Shown here: positions 14,044 to 29,210 of the stretch, piece after piece
Numbering within the stretch: position 1 is the first letter of the stretch
Layout of the letters: the number at the start of each line of letters is the position of its first letter
Source: Antedon mediterranea
Lineage: Eukaryota > Animalia > Echinodermata
Length of the DNA stretch: 64,000 nucleotides
Direction: 5' to 3'
Assembly: GCF_964355755.1 (NCBI RefSeq)
Contig: NC_092678.1
Coordinates: forward strand, 2,496,422 to 2,560,421
Notes under the pieces: model-generated
The model's database searches: none
Told to the model about the DNA's origin: nothing
What the model saw: only the letters and a program-made list of their open reading frames with translations
Position numbers and translations under genes: made by a program

Positions 14044-15186
14044 TCATAAACTACCAACACCACTGTTGGTTTGATTTGCATAATTTACACATTAATTTTA
14101 CATAATTTACAACAAAATTAATTTTTTATATGTATTGTATGTGTTAACACCCAGTAATAAGGAAATTTAGGATATATATTTCAATCAGTTTAAAAATAGG
14201 AAGACAAAAAAGTGTGTCAGATGAGACTTGAACATAGTAGCTTTAGATCACAAGTCTAGCATTCATACCTGTAGCATTTAATGTTTAATGTTACATTTGA
14301 AACCAAAGTAAATAAACGTGTAAAATATTAGGGCAATTCTGTTTTAAGACACTTGATGAAGAAGAATAATTAAACAGTAAAAAGTGTATTCTGTTTCCTT
14401 TGTCTGTCATCCCGAAACGAAAGCTTGCAAATTTTGTACATCTGAACACACCTTAAGATTCTATACCATCAATCAAACCGACATTGTTTCCATATCTTCT
14501 GTCTGAAAGCAACTTAAGACTCACTCTCCTTTGGTCATTGCTCTGTTTAATACTGCTAACTCTTTCTAATGCTACCAGTAAGCCGTATAAACCACTTTCT
14601 TGATCGTAATTTTTGTTTCTATCTTTTTGATCTCTGGAGAGTTTAACACATCAAGTTTACATTATCATTATCTCATACAGATTTTAAGTATTAATTACTT
14701 TTCAAATAGTTAGTCTACCAGTTTTGTTATAAAAAGAAAATATACTATTTATATAATATTTAAAAAATTGACTATTGCTCTTCTGAATTAAAGCATGGTT
14801 TTATGCACATGTGTATTCATATTTCCATCTACTTTTGTGATGTAAAAATAATGCGCAACCAATCAGAGCTCAGAAACATTTGATTCATTTAAATATTGAA
14901 TGTAGGATAAATAATACAACATAAATATTTTAAATATATTTTATAAAATAAATTTTGTTGATATTATTTTCATATATTCTGTATGATTGTCTAGATATAT
15001 ATTTTATCAGCGGAAATTAAATCTAATTATGACAACTATTAAAAATTGATATGACAATTTAGACAAACACCTGATATTTTATTGATTTATTTTTGTGCAG
15101 AAGTTAGTCGTTTGACGACGTTACAGTTAACTAGACTGTAATTTTGTAAGTGAAGTATGTAGGCAGGTTGTCCAAATAGGGTTGTG

Positions 15187-15725
15187 TGGTTCACGCTAGA
15201 TTGTTGATATCCTGATTACATGGTTCACACTATATTGTTGATATCCTGATAACATGGTTCTCGCTAGATTGTTATTGTTTAGATCCGGATAACATGGTTC
15301 ACACTATATTGTTTAGATCCTGATAACATGGTTCTTGCTAGATTGTTTATATTTACATCCTGATAACATGGTTCATGCTAGATCGTTATTATTTAGATTC
15401 TGATAACATGGTTCACGCTAGATTGTTATTATTTAGATTCTGATCACATGGTTCACGCTAGATTGTTTATATTTAGATCCTGATCACATGGTCCTCGCTA
15501 GATTATTTATATTTATCCTGATCACATGGTTCTCGCTAGATTGTTATTATTTAGATTATGATCACATGGTTCACGCTAGATTGTTTATATTTAGATCCTG
15601 ATCACATGGTTCTCGCTAGATTGTTTATATTTATCCTGATCACATGGTTCTTGCTAGATTGTTTATATTTAGATCCTGATCACATGGTTCTCGCTAGATC
15701 GTTTATATTTAGATCCTGATCACAT
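15187..15725. repeat. ~40-bp minisatellite (ATGGTTCWCGCTAGATTGTTTATATTTAGATCCTGATCAC), ~14 copies
   Basis: Direct tandem copies, shorter variants at the 5' end. Confidence 0.95.
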
Positions 15726-18585
15726 AAGGTTTTATTCTGAAGATGCTAGGCTAACGTTCAATATGGATTTGAGATGGTTCACTTCGAACAATGAATAGTG
15801 TTGATGAATAATGTCCAGTATTATTAGATGGTTCACAAGACCTTTTCTCCAGATCATGGACTAATAAGAGTTTTATTGATTAATCCATTTTTTTCCATTG
15901 ATGGGACAGAAAATGTTTTTTCATTGGATACATAGAAAATATTGCTTAGGCAGCTCTGACTTTCTTTCCTGTTGACCACCACTCCTTCATTGAAGACCTC
16001 ACCACACAACAGATGAATGAGTTCTGAATTAAAATCTAAAGCAATCAGAGTGATTCTTGTTAATAATACTGTAACAATGTTACAGTAGTTACGTCTTTAA
16101 ATTATAAATGTTAGGTTGATTGTCATCCATCTTTGTTTCACATTTGTATCCGCAAAGTACTTAAACTATGATCAAACACAAAACATTCAATGTTTTTGTC
16201 GGCTCTTGAGATATATAAATTGCTTTCACACTGTAAAAAAAAGTGGATAGTGGTTGGTTTCCATGGGAATACTTGCGTTACTGAATACACTGTTTGTGTA
16301 TGGATTTCCGAGAGGCTTATTATGTGGATTACATCAAATTGACCTGAATTTAATATATGTAAGTAGTATATGTTAGCTTTGATTAAACATTTAACATGTG
16401 GATTTTTAATAATAAATCATATAAAATAATTTTCGCAAATAGACACAATAATGTTAATAATTAATTGAAAGCTTTACAAAAATACGTCTGTTAATTTATT
16501 TTATAATATTATTTATTATATTATCAATTTTATTTCTTTTTTTCAATAGAATTATTATATCATTGTTTTGTATACATAATATCTAATATTAGTGATAATT
16601 AATATTGGTGAAAGCATTTTAATTTTTGTAATTTATTTCATCTATACAGTATGTTTAAATAATGATTGCCCATCCAGCCGAAGCTGATCATTTGGAAGTA
16701 TGGAGTTTAAGAGTTGTCAGTATTGTTATTTGTGTTGTTCGTTGTCTTATCATTTGAAAGGGATGTTAAGCTGTAGGTTCATACATACAAAAGTCATGTT
16801 ATCTACGAAAAAGGATATTAATCAAAAAGTGTAGGGGTCGTCTACTGGTTTAATGATTGTCGTGGGCGCAATTCCCAGTGACTACAAATAGCCTGTGAAC
16901 GTTTATGATCAACTGCAGTATTGGTACATAAATTATATATTGAACTATTAATATCAAATATAATGTGTCCCGTTATTAAATCCTTATTGCATGTCATATA
17001 ATATGACATTTTTATATAGATTTTTTAAACCTTTTTATTTTTTTTACTGTACAGGTTAAATTTAGCAATACACAGTTTGTTTAAGCTATACAAGTAATTT
17101 AATGATAGAAATGATGAATATCACATTACTATGACATCTCTTAGTGTCAAAATTGTCAGATCTGATGACATGAGTGGACTAAGTTTTAGAATCAATGGCA
17201 ATTTATAGTATTAAATAGGTATTACTCGTCTATGGCATAGTCAATAATAGGCTACACTGTTCCAACCCAATCACAGGGTTCTATAGTCAAATGTTTCAAA
17301 AGGGTATATAGTCAATAAATTAATTATTTATAGCGGGGAAACACTGGGGATTCAATAATGGACTGCTTTGGCTAGGTTTAATGGCAGATAATTTAGGATA
17401 AATGCAATCTTGATGGCTATAAATAAAGTTCTACAATATGCTTTGGGAAATAGTTGTCATTTGCTTAAGATTTACATAAATATGCTCATGTTAAGTAATG
17501 TTTAAGTAGTGTAGTACGCCATGTAATTCCTAGAAGGAAGTAAATATTGAGAATGTCCTGATGAGTTTAAATTCAACTGGAACATAAATATGTTATCAAG
17601 TTATCTTTTTAAGAGTTAGCATACATGTGTCCCGAAAGATTTTTAGTTCAAATTTTTCTTTATTGTCTCTAAGGCCATGTGAACAATCTTGGTAGATTAA
17701 AATTGAGACAAGTAACATTTCATCGGTTGAATCATACCGCCATTCATATTTAGATTTCATACACCCTACATTTAAAACAAAATGTTGTTCATAGTCTAAT
17801 GATCTAATGATCATTTTAATTGATGTAACGTTTTTTGCAAGTGTGTGAGATGTCTTTGTAATGTCCGACAAATCGGATTCATGTAAATTAAAACAAATAG
17901 ATTGCAACATACTGTAGCTCGTGCCTAATTAAAAGCCTAAATATAAGGACTACATATTGTTATCACATTAATGTCTTCATAGTACATGCCCAGAGAAAAG
18001 AACAATGAACAATGTATATTGATGTTTGATTAACAATTAACAGCTGCAGCTAAGACCACTAAAGGCCTGTTGTTTTTTAATAATTAAATTGGAAATTATT
18101 TTTCTCTATTTCGTTCTCTGAAGAAATATCCGTTATTTTATGTTATACTGTATTCCAGTATATTTGATTGTAACACTGTGCATTTTATTATTATCGCTCA
18201 GTGTCATTAATTTAAAACAGAAATAGAACAAATTAAAATGTAGCTGGCATGTATGTTAACCGAAAATGTCACTACTTTAATGACACACAATAAAAAATGA
18301 GTACGCTATTGTCGTCTAGAAAATCAAGCTCTAGTCACTTATCGCTATCGAAAATACAGACAATTTATTTTAATGCTTTTCGAAGATTACTTTAAAAAAA
18401 CTTTTTCCTATAACAGATACGATACTGTAGATAACTGATTTATTTTGATGTACATATTATAAGATGTTTATAGTTAAATATTTATGTTTACAGAAATAGA
18501 AACTGTATAGCACCCTGTCACATTGTCATATTATCTAGCTAAGTTGCTATGAGTTTTTTTCTATGGTTAGGGTAGTAGAAAGCTA

Positions 18586-18790
18586 TAGCTTGGTGGTTAA
18601 TGTGCTTGCCTTTCAATCCCAATGTCCGGGGTTCAATCCTGAGCTAGTGCCAAGGTTGTAACTCATGACACTTTCAACTCCACTCCCTAAGCCTCAAATG
18701 AGACTTGGTTTATAGGCACGATAAATTATTAAATAGTTTATCCATCCTGTAATTGGCAAGTTACTCGCTTTTGGATGTGTGTGAAATTTA
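18586..18790 (+). mobile_element. tRNA-derived SINE
   Basis: A box TAGCTTGGTGGTTAA and B box GGTTCAATCC followed by CTCCACTCCC body shared with the copy at 55300-55453. Confidence 0.65.
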
Positions 18791-20064
18791 AAAAAAGTAA
18801 ATAAAAAAGTACCGTAGAACAAACGCTTTATACTAACCATTTGTATTCATTTTATTTCTTCTGTTCACTTGGGATATGTTTCGTATACAATATTTAATTA
18901 GCTTAAGTTTTGATTGATGTTCACAGCAGCTGTTGGTTATTTTAAAGCTAGATAGCTAATTGTGAATTACAAGACTATAAGTGATAATAAATATTCCAAG
19001 TTTCATTTATATGGTAAGGTGTAAGTGTAGTACAAAAACTGGCAGATTTTGTAATTAGTGCAGGTTGGAATCGCAGGCATTGTTCTGTTGGTTACTCAAC
19101 CCACAGTGTTTAAACGATTCTTGTGTCTCATATACACTAAACCAAAGAATATATTTGGTAAATAGTAGGTAGGGTACTGTCTGTGTCTGTAACAAGCCCA
19201 ACCCCACTTGCAAAACCTGCCTTTAATATCATCTTGGAAGGGAAATTTTGTTAGTGTTTTTAAACCTTTTTTGTTAAAGTAAAGCCATTGAAATAGAATG
19301 TTGCAGCTAAAAGCCAATTGTAGTTTAAATTCTGTACAGGTTTAATTGATTATAATTAAATATAGCATAGTGAGAGTTACAAAGTGAGTGAGAGAAAATT
19401 ACAGAGTGATTGAGTGAAAACTGGCAAGTAATTGAGGCGATTGATGAGTGAATTAAGTAGTTAAATATGTAATAATGATGTTAGATGGTGACTCTAATTT
19501 GAACTAGTGAATATTTCTTGCCCATCATGGGTGAAAAACTAGGCATTTTTATTGTATTACTACAATTCCTTCAGTATCATGACAAATTATATGATACAGC
19601 ATCACATGTGTATCACGTATGATATATCTAGGTACGGTACACCTTCCATAATAGTCAAATTCTATGATACAGTATCACATGTGTATCTAGGTATATAACC
19701 TTTCATGATACAGAATTATCATGCAATGCTTTATCACTGGACAAATAATGACATAAATTATAGAGAGGAATAAATGTAAAAAGATGTTTATAGCCAACAT
19801 ACAAATGTCGGTCTATAGTAATTTAATTTGACTAATTTTATGTATATGAATTGTTGATTTAGCGATTTGTCTTATTCTCACAGGTTTTCTGATCATGTGT
19901 ATACCGTTTCACAATAATATTTTATTTCAGTGTTGTCAGAAATAGCTAAGATAGATTTTCGGTGTCATGTTGTTTTAGATGTAATTTATCCTAGATGGAC
20001 TGTATTTACATAGCATTTATCTACTTGACAGAGAAAAGTTATAAGAAATTGCCCTAGTGCTAGG

Positions 20065-20595
20065 ATACAGGGAATCCCATTGGACAATATTAATGTTTCT
20101 GTTGGTTAAATGTGAAGGATTTAACCTTAATCCCATTGGTCAACGTCAACATGCTACGAAGAGGTTCTAAAGATATGGGTGCCATTGAATATGTTGATAT
20201 ATCAGTCGCCTACAAATAATGTGATGTGAAGTTTTACAATATGGGTAATCCCATTAGCTGATGTTGACATTACAGCTGTCTAGTAGTATTTCAAATACTT
20301 CTCTGAAGTTCTATGATATATATAATTCCATTGAATAATATTGATATTCCAGTCCAAGCATTTTATAATAGGGGTAATCCCATTGGCCGATATTGACATT
20401 ATTGTCTGGTAGTTTTTTAAATGTTTATCCGAAGTGCTATGGTATGGATAATCCCATTGGATATTGACATTCCAGTCCAAGCATTTTATAATAGGGGTAA
20501 TCCCATTGGCCAATATTGACATTACTGTTTGCGATAATTAATAAGTTTATCCATAGTGTTATGATATGAGTAATCCCATTAGTAACATTACTATC
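20065..20595. repeat. Diverged ~60-bp tandem repeat with ~120-bp higher-order duplication (core TAATCCCATTGG..ATATTGACATT)
   Basis: Core recurs about nine times; 20340-20400 and 20460-20520 are near-identical. Confidence 0.8.
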
Positions 20596-21935
20596 TATAT
20601 TGATATGCTGCTAAAATAATGTTTTTATTAGTTGGCTTGTATGTCCATAGATTGGATAACATTACTGTAGACCATTAGACTGGTAGATTCTTCTATTGCA
20701 ACAAATGCTAATGGAGTTGTACAAAGTGATATTATACAGTCACGTGTAATAAATATGATATAATCCCAGGAGGCCAGCTGGGATTATACTTGGATATTTC
20801 TTATGTAAAAATTGATATTTTAGTTCAGGACTACGATTATGCTGATGTACTCAAGCATGGTCTCTGAAATTGTTGAGGTGGAATTAAATTTTGCACTGTT
20901 TAACTATGAATATTTTGTTATCATTAGAACACTGTACAGTATATTTCAGTGTATTGAACAACTTAAAAATAAATGCTATGGTAACCATGTCTAAATTAGG
21001 AGATGCGCGGGATTCAATATTTGAGCATATGTTGTTTTGCGTATTTGTCTATTTTCAAATGAAATCCATTCAAAAAATTGTTAGATTTGTCAATAGGTAG
21101 GTGTTCTAAACAGTGTAAGAATATCCCTTTAAATGGGAGTTATCCTGCAGTTAGGAATGCTATCATATACCATATTACATATCATGTGTCAAATTGCATT
21201 TCTTCTCATATTATTATTTTTTGATAGGTTGATTTTGTAATTAAGCCTTGACGATTTATCATATTCTGCTTTAGTATTCATTGACAGAGATTGTCCTCAA
21301 AACACTATTGATCTGTATATATTAATTATGAATATAAGTCTACCTTGAATTAATACATTGTAAGTGCATTGTCCTTCGCAGGGATGAATCTAGCATTTTT
21401 TTACATATAATAGTAATAATCTAAAATAGATACCAATATGTTAATAATTTCATTTTTAGCTGTCAAAAGAAGAGCGTATGCAAGGGCTACCTCTGGATCT
21501 GCCCCAGATTCTCCCATATATTTAAAGTAGAGAGTATATCTGGAAGTTTGAAAATAAGTATTTGTTGATTAGAAAAACTCTTTAAAACAGGTGGGAGGAG
21601 CAGACAGAGGTGCCCTACGGTTTACTTTGTCTCATGTCATCTCCATCCATCAATACATTTTATTTTGTTGAAGTTTTTACTGTGGTTTCTATTTTAATTT
21701 TGTATTTAAAGATAGAGATAAACTTTATATGAACAGTTTTATTCAACCAAAAACGATTAGGATGCCAAGGTCTGTTTATTTAAAACACCTATATTTCCTC
21801 TTTTATACATATTTAAATCGTTTATAATAATAACAATTTCCTTTAATATATTTTAATAACACTGTGAATTTGTCGGTTAAGCCCAGTGATATGCTAACTA
21901 GCCTAGAGTTTTCTGATAATGATCAGTCAGTAGAA

Positions 21936-22095
21936 AGCTCTGTCTACACTATCAAACTAGTTTGACGAGATAAGTATGATATGCCCAAATATGGTAGTGA
22001 TATGCCCAAATATGGTAGTGATATGCCCATATATTGTAGTGATATGACATCATCATGTTTTTTGTCACATAAAGTTTGATAGTGTAGACAGAGCT
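21936..22095. mobile_element. Harbinger MITE family A inside a larger inverted repeat (21877-22154)
   Basis: Full TIRs; ~59 bp of flank on each side are also reverse complements. Confidence 0.9.
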
Positions 22096-23035
22096 TTCTA
22101 CTGACTGATCATTATCTGAAAACTCTAGGCTAGTTAGCATATCACTGGGCTTAAGAAAGCCTGGGTAATATTTAATCAAGTAATTGATTGAACCTAAGAC
22201 TGAAAAAAAGATGTTTGATCCCAGAAAGAAAATATTAATTATTTTTCTGATCCACTGTTTTGCAATCAAACAAATAGGTAGATATGTAGATCAAACGGTT
22301 TACAAGAAAATATGACCTTTAAAAAATCATTTCTGCATACTAATGGGTCGTTATGCATGCCTTAAAACTAACATTACAAATATTAAACATGAACATTTCA
22401 TAACTAATACAGTACTTACTTCTTAAATGCATACATATCATGATATAATAAACAACATTAAATTTAAAATTAAATAGTTATATATTTATTTTTATTTGAC
22501 TAATACATATACTGTATATTTCCATATTTAATTTCATATTACATTCTGGACTTGTATATTTAGTCCTTGCATTACCAAACTAGACACAACTTTTTCTAAT
22601 CTAGTCAGTTGATGTCACAAAAACCAAATGCAACCAACTAACAATTTACCATTTTGCCTGAAAGTGGCATGATTTACATACAGGTGTCCTCAGTTTTCAG
22701 AAATTTCAGAAATATTTCCCTTCCCTAGTTTCAATAATTTAACCTCATTTTAAAATATCAAGGGTAGCACAAAAGGAACATAAAATATTGGATAACTTTA
22801 TGATTAATGTTAAAGAATGTCTATTTTATGCCTAGCTTACCTAGATAAACCAATAATAGCCATTCTCATTGAAGAGTGAAATATAACTCGAAAAGTAGAA
22901 AATTTTGTATACTATTAAGATTATTAGGGCATTGTTAATGTTAATATTGTAAATGTTATTCTATTCTTTTATACTATAATTTGATCTATAAGTTCAATTT
23001 CAAAATGTTGTTTACGTTAACTGCTCATTATGTAA

Positions 23036-23227
<192 letters not shown>

Positions 23228-23886
23228 TAGCCTAGAAGACACTCAAAGACCACCAGTCGGTTTCATAATCATAAAAGTGATTTTATCTTGAGATTTTTCG
23301 CTGATATACCATTGAAGATTTAGATAAACATTCTTCAGTTTCATCATGTGCACTTGTAATTGATACATTCAATATGTTTATTTAGCCATTAAGTAACACA
23401 GTAGGAAGTCTTTTATAGCCGTATAAAGTCTGTATTATCAAGATCAAAATGAACAAAATATATACATAAACATTTCCTTATCCTTTTTTTTATGTGGTTG
23501 AAGTAAAGGAATGCTATTACATTAATGAAATTGAAATATTCAAGCCTTAATGTCATTGTTCATAACCTTTTCAATAATCCAGGGTCCATTAATGTGAACC
23601 TCAGAGAAACTTAGTAGTTGTAGGTTGCATTGAAAAATGAAACGGTTTCACTAGGTGGCTGTGTATATCATCAAAACATATTATTTTATTACCTGTGTAT
23701 TAAATTTTATTTGATCAATAATTCGTATAATTATTATTTTTTTTCCAAAACTAATTTTCTGCTTCTAAAAATGTTGCTTTTGTACTTACTGTATCATCAT
23801 CATAGATATTGTGTTTGCTAATCATTTTTATGATTCTCTTTCGGCCCTATCAAATGAAAATTATTATTATTATTACAATTTTGTAG

Positions 23887-24087
<201 letters not shown>

Positions 24088-24403
24088 TAAGTTATCATAT
24101 TTGTGATGTACTAATAATAATAATGACTATGAAGAAACATAACATTATGAGTTACTGAGCATGCTTACAAACCAATTTCTGTTGTGATAGCTTTTGTGCT
24201 TATTCCATTTTCAGACTTTTTCATTTCATTCCATGGATTAGATGGAAATCTATATAAACATGTACAGTTTATGCATTTATAGATTAGTAGACTTTTAGAT
24301 ATAAGTAGTGCTACCACATCTGATCAACAGGCCTACTTTCTCTTCCAGCCAGGGATTGTTTTCATGCGAAACAATGTAAATTTGTTCAAAAGACGAAACT
24401 TAA

Positions 24404-24541
<138 letters not shown>

Positions 24542-24990
24542 TAAAGTGCATCTTTGGTAGATATATTTTCTGTGTATTGCTACGTGTTAAGACTTGTGGT
24601 TTGTTTACACATTGATACTTTGTATATGTGACTAAATTAATTTATGTTGTCTGCCTCAATTAAAGACCATCTAAATCTGAGAATAGAGTTAATATATTAC
24701 AAATAGAGAGTAAACTAAACGAAATGATTGAGAGTAAATTGAGAGAGCACATAAAAATAGCAATCTCCTCTAATGATAACCTAATCATGCCAAGAAGTCA
24801 ATGAGTTCGTTCAAGAGTTTAAAGACCCAGTATGTCTTTTAGATGCCAGAGAAGTCTTCCTCTCGGAGCTTACTGGCATCAGTTGGAGGAACAAACATGT
24901 AATGTAATGTTTTCAAACCACAATGAAAATTGTCCTGCATTGTGTTAATTTTTTCTTCAATATACCTTTCTCCTCTTTTTTTCTAATCAG

Positions 24991-25069
24991 CAAAAGATTT
25001 TATAAGGAACCTAATGCAAGTTGACCCAGACAAACGATATACATGTGACCAATGTATAAACCACCCATG
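24991..25069 (+). CDS. CAMK1: CaMKI exon (AKDFIRNLMQVDPDKRYTCDQCINHPW)
   Basis: aatcAG/GTAAGC, 79 bp, subdomain XI. Confidence 0.96.
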
Positions 25070-26543
25070 GTAAGCAATTGATAAATTTTTAATTAAATTT
25101 CAGCTGTTCATTAATGTTTGCCTGATGTTATCAAATGTCATATTGGATACATTCAACATACGCTTCGTTTTTGTGCATGTAATTTGAGATTCTATACAAG
25201 ATTGTATGTATCGTTACAAGTTTAAAATTAGTTATGGTAAATAATTTTAACATTTTTTTATAATTTATAATATTATAAGTGCATAAACAGGTTTAAAACA
25301 AAATAATGTTACCAATTTAGGTATAATACTAATGTTATAATATTTATTTATATTTTTAAAAATGTATTTTTTATTTATAATAAAAAATTAAGTGTGTATA
25401 ACGTATATTATTAAAAATCTATACGCCTTAAAAATTAAAAAACATAACATATGTTCTGCTATAAACTCACACCCAAACTTGATCACTTATTTTGACTACC
25501 AGCCAATAATTAATCATTTATTAATGTATTATTTGTGGAAAATCAATAAACAACAACAACCCTCATGTTCCAGGGAGTGGCCTTATATCCTACCCAGTAT
25601 TAAAAGCCTATGTGATATTCCAGTGAATTTAACAATGTGCCAAGATACACTATTAGCTTGATATTAATAATCTTCATCTATAGCTGACCTATTTTTGTAT
25701 CAAAATGATAAACCTTTAACCTAACCTATACATATAACACAACGGTAACATTTCCCAGCTGCATTGTGCGGCAGTCAATTTGAATTAAATGATTATCGCC
25801 GCGAGGCCTGGCTTGTCCATTCTGGTTACCATAAGCAGTATTCTAGAGGTGATGTTTTCTTCACTAACTTTGTAACCCATCTATATCCACGTAATTTGTT
25901 TTTTCCCTAGTGGCATGAAACGACAGGTAATAATATGCTAAAATGAAAATCATCACCTGAAAAATCTTCAAAATAATCTTTTTCAGATCATAAAAGGAAT
26001 ATTATTCGATGGAAGTGGTTCAGTGCCATCTTCAAATTGATTATCTATTAGAAAATATTATTTACTTTTAAATTAAAAACTAGATATTATGGAAATGGAC
26101 GTTAAAAAGATTACACTGACCAATATCATCAACAAATCAATTGAGCATTAAGAAGCCAGGTGTTTGTAATTTCATCAGTAAATACACACGCACATAATTT
26201 CTGCAGATACTTGAACTTTGAACTCATTTACAGAATTACTTCTATATTCTATGATATTAATAAATGTGTGATAACCATTACAGAGAAAAGCTAAATTGGT
26301 TTCTCGGAAATAACAGTTTATTGGGCCAAAACAATTTAAAAGAATATAATTAAGTGACTATTTCAAAGAATGTCATTTTATTTTTATTATTTTTAACAGA
26401 ATTCTATTTTACTATTTGTCATAAATGGTTATTAATATTTTTAAATATTTTTCCTTTTTGCATCATTATTTAAATAAATCTGTCATCAATGATATTACTT
26501 TTATCAATTTTCTTCATCTGTTTTAATGTATTGCCTCTTCCAG

Positions 26544-26631
26544 GATTTCTGGCAACACTGCTCTTGATAAAGATATTCACTCAACTGTTAGTGCACAAAT
26601 GAAGAAGAATTTCGCACGGAAGAAGTGGAAG
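26544..26631 (+). CDS. CAMK1: CaMKI exon (ISGNTALDKDIHSTVSAQMKKNFARKKWK), autoinhibitory segment and first half of the CaM-binding segment
   Basis: ttccAG/GTAAGA, 88 bp, ends phase 0. Confidence 0.96.
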
Positions 26632-26646
26632 GTAAGAAAGAAATAA

Positions 26647-26790
26647 AGCTCTGTCTACACTATCAAACTAGTTTTTGAAAGTATGATGTGCCTGTATATG
26701 GTAGTGATATGCCCAAACATGGTAGTGATATGAGATCATCATGTCCATATATGATCATATTACATTTTTTTGTCACATAAAATTTGTTAG
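26647..26790. mobile_element. Harbinger MITE family A (right TIR eroded), 15 bp after a CaMKI donor site
   Basis: AGCTCTGTCTACACTATCAAACT plus internal ATGGTAGTGATATG repeats. Confidence 0.8.
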
Positions 26791-28619
26791 TTTAAGGAAA
26801 CTGTAAAGTATAGCCCCTCCTTTGGGACACCCCTTTTCAGGAGACTAGACTTCTGCAACTAATGAGAGATAATATATGTCTTAACACTACAGTCAACCCC
26901 TATTCAGGGTACACCTCTATTAAGGGTACACTTTGTTTCCCAAAATGTCCCCTTAATATAAGGGTTCTACTTAACAAAACATAGCGTCAAGACAATCTGT
27001 AAATGGTAAGCTTTAAACCACAAACATCACTCAATTTGTTCAACATTAGCTCAAAATTCTGTTCAATTAAACTACCGAATATCAAGAATTTAAATAATTT
27101 ATTCATAGCTTAATTCAATACATCTGACAGATTTTATTTAATGCATGATTTAATTTGTTCTTTTGTAGTGCCTAGGAAAAAAAAATTTGTTGCCAATCAT
27201 GTTTATTCATGACGACGATAAATCAAGCAAAATGCAGACGGAATCAATAAAGATTCATTTCAATTTATTATTATGCTGATTTAACAAAATGAAACAAATT
27301 TCTGTGAGATTAATTCACTACGATTTTTTATGAACCTAAATTTGAAAATCTTAAGAGATATTTTTAGGTCGCTGTAGATTTTACACATGTCATTTAAAAA
27401 TTATTATTATAAATTGCTGACAACTTGATCTCTAGCAGTTTATCCTTATATGGCTCTTATTGTGCATATGTAGATTTTGAATAGAAACTCTTGAGAGAAC
27501 ATTTGTTTTTAACTATGCAACTCGGTAATATATGTTTTTCGTGCAACGTAGATCATTCATTGCCAATTCGTCAGCTTTGTTTTTTCATTAAACAATTGTC
27601 ATGTGACATCCGCTTTACAATTATTCATCAAAGATCTTCCAAGTCAGTAAATCGGTAATTGCGTAAGACCTTTGTGTGCATGTTCTTTTTCAGATTCATA
27701 GCACAATGTCACGCAAGATCCTGCTAGTTATATTTGTTATTCTCGACAATTGAATACTGCTCCAAGTAATAAGATTTTGAGTTTGAATTTAATTAGTAAT
27801 TACGGAATCTCGTCAATAAGGAAGTATTGTTACCTGGTTTGATCACGAAGCAAAACAGGATTTCCAAAATATTATGTTTATGCACTTGAGATTATGCAAG
27901 CTTTTAAGTACCACACGCCTTTGATACGGTTTTAGATTTGACCTTGTTGACATTTTCTATTTGCTGTTGGTGCTGACTAAGAGGGTCCACCTGATAAAAT
28001 AGGTCAACGTTGTAGTGTTGTGGTCTTTTAAAGATACAAGATTATTATTCCAAATATGTCTCATGAGCTTATATTTGCATCTGTATTATTGAATGCGCTG
28101 CTTCCACAACATTATTGTCCAATATATACATTTATAGAAATTTATTTTTTTTGTAAACTGTAAATTGTAAATTTAAGTTGTTTTCAGTGCTTTTTTTTCG
28201 AATATGCTATCAAGTTCGCAGAAAGGATTTCATAATGTAACTGGAGTATAAAACGATAACAATTCCTCCCACATTTAATTTGTTCCTAACTTCGCAGCTA
28301 ATTCTTAATTTTATTGTCAGCTATCAGTAGAATGGTAGATCACCATCTGGAATCGGTACAATAGAAAATAAAAATCAATGTTAGTCACGATGAAAATTGA
28401 TTAGTGATTTACATTCAATCTAATCTTGCATCACAAAAAGTACAAGCTCATTATGTTTGAAACATGTTTACTAAGAATATCTGAATCTACTCTATCAAAA
28501 GAATCGGCCTGCTACTGTAGTTCTGTTTATGTGAGGAGATCAGAAAGAGATTATGTTAACATATTACTTAACAGCAACAATGGAAGGCAGATACATCAAC
28601 ACACCTATTGTCCCTATTG

Positions 28620-29210
28620 TCTCTCTTTCCCCTTTCCTTAATCCCTCTTCCCCTTTCCTTAATCTCTCTTCCCCTTCCCTCAATCCTTCTTTCCCTCTTT
28701 TCAATCCTTTATCTCTCCCCTCAATTTCTCTTTCCCTTCCCTCAATCCCTTTTCTCCCAACTCTCAATCCCTTTTCTCCTCTCAATCCTTCTCCTCCCCT
28801 CAATCCTTCTCCTCCCTTCAATCTCTTTTCTCGCTCCCCTCAATTCCTCTGCTCCTTCTTCTCATTTTTCCTTCTTCCTCTCCTCAATCCCTCTTTTTCC
28901 TTCCCTCAGTTTCTCTCTCTTCTTAATCCTCTCTTCTTAATCCTCTCTTCCCCTCTCCTCAATCCGTCTTTTCCTCCCCTCAATCCCTCTTCCCCTTCCC
29001 TCAATCCCTCTTCTCCTTCGCCTCAATCTCATTTCTCCCTCTATCAGTCTCTTTTCCTACTCCCCTCAATTCATTATTTCCTCCTCTCAATCCCTCTTTC
29101 TCCATCACCTCAATCCTTCTTCTCTCCTTCACCTTAATCTCATTTCTCCCTCTATCAGTCTATATTCCTCTTCCCCTCAATTCATTTTCCCGCTCCCTCC
29201 ACTCACCCTT
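28620..29210. repeat. Polypyrimidine degenerate satellite (CCTCAATCCCTCTTC-like)
   Basis: ~600 bp almost free of G; source of the Pro/Ser/Leu-rich ORFs. Confidence 0.9.

Noticed and set aside
15187-15725. Regularly spaced repeats (also 46882-47122, 53517-53885) as CRISPR arrays
   Set aside because: No unique spacers, no cas genes, eukaryotic intron/UTR context.
24785-24907. Protein-looking frame SCQEVNEFVQEFKDPVCLLDAREVFLSELTGISWRNKHVM in a CaMKI intron
   Set aside because: No compatible splice sites in the required phase and no recognisable family.
28553-29137. 194-aa Pro/Ser/Leu-rich ORF and overlapping ORFs
   Set aside because: Product of a pyrimidine satellite that lacks stop codons.
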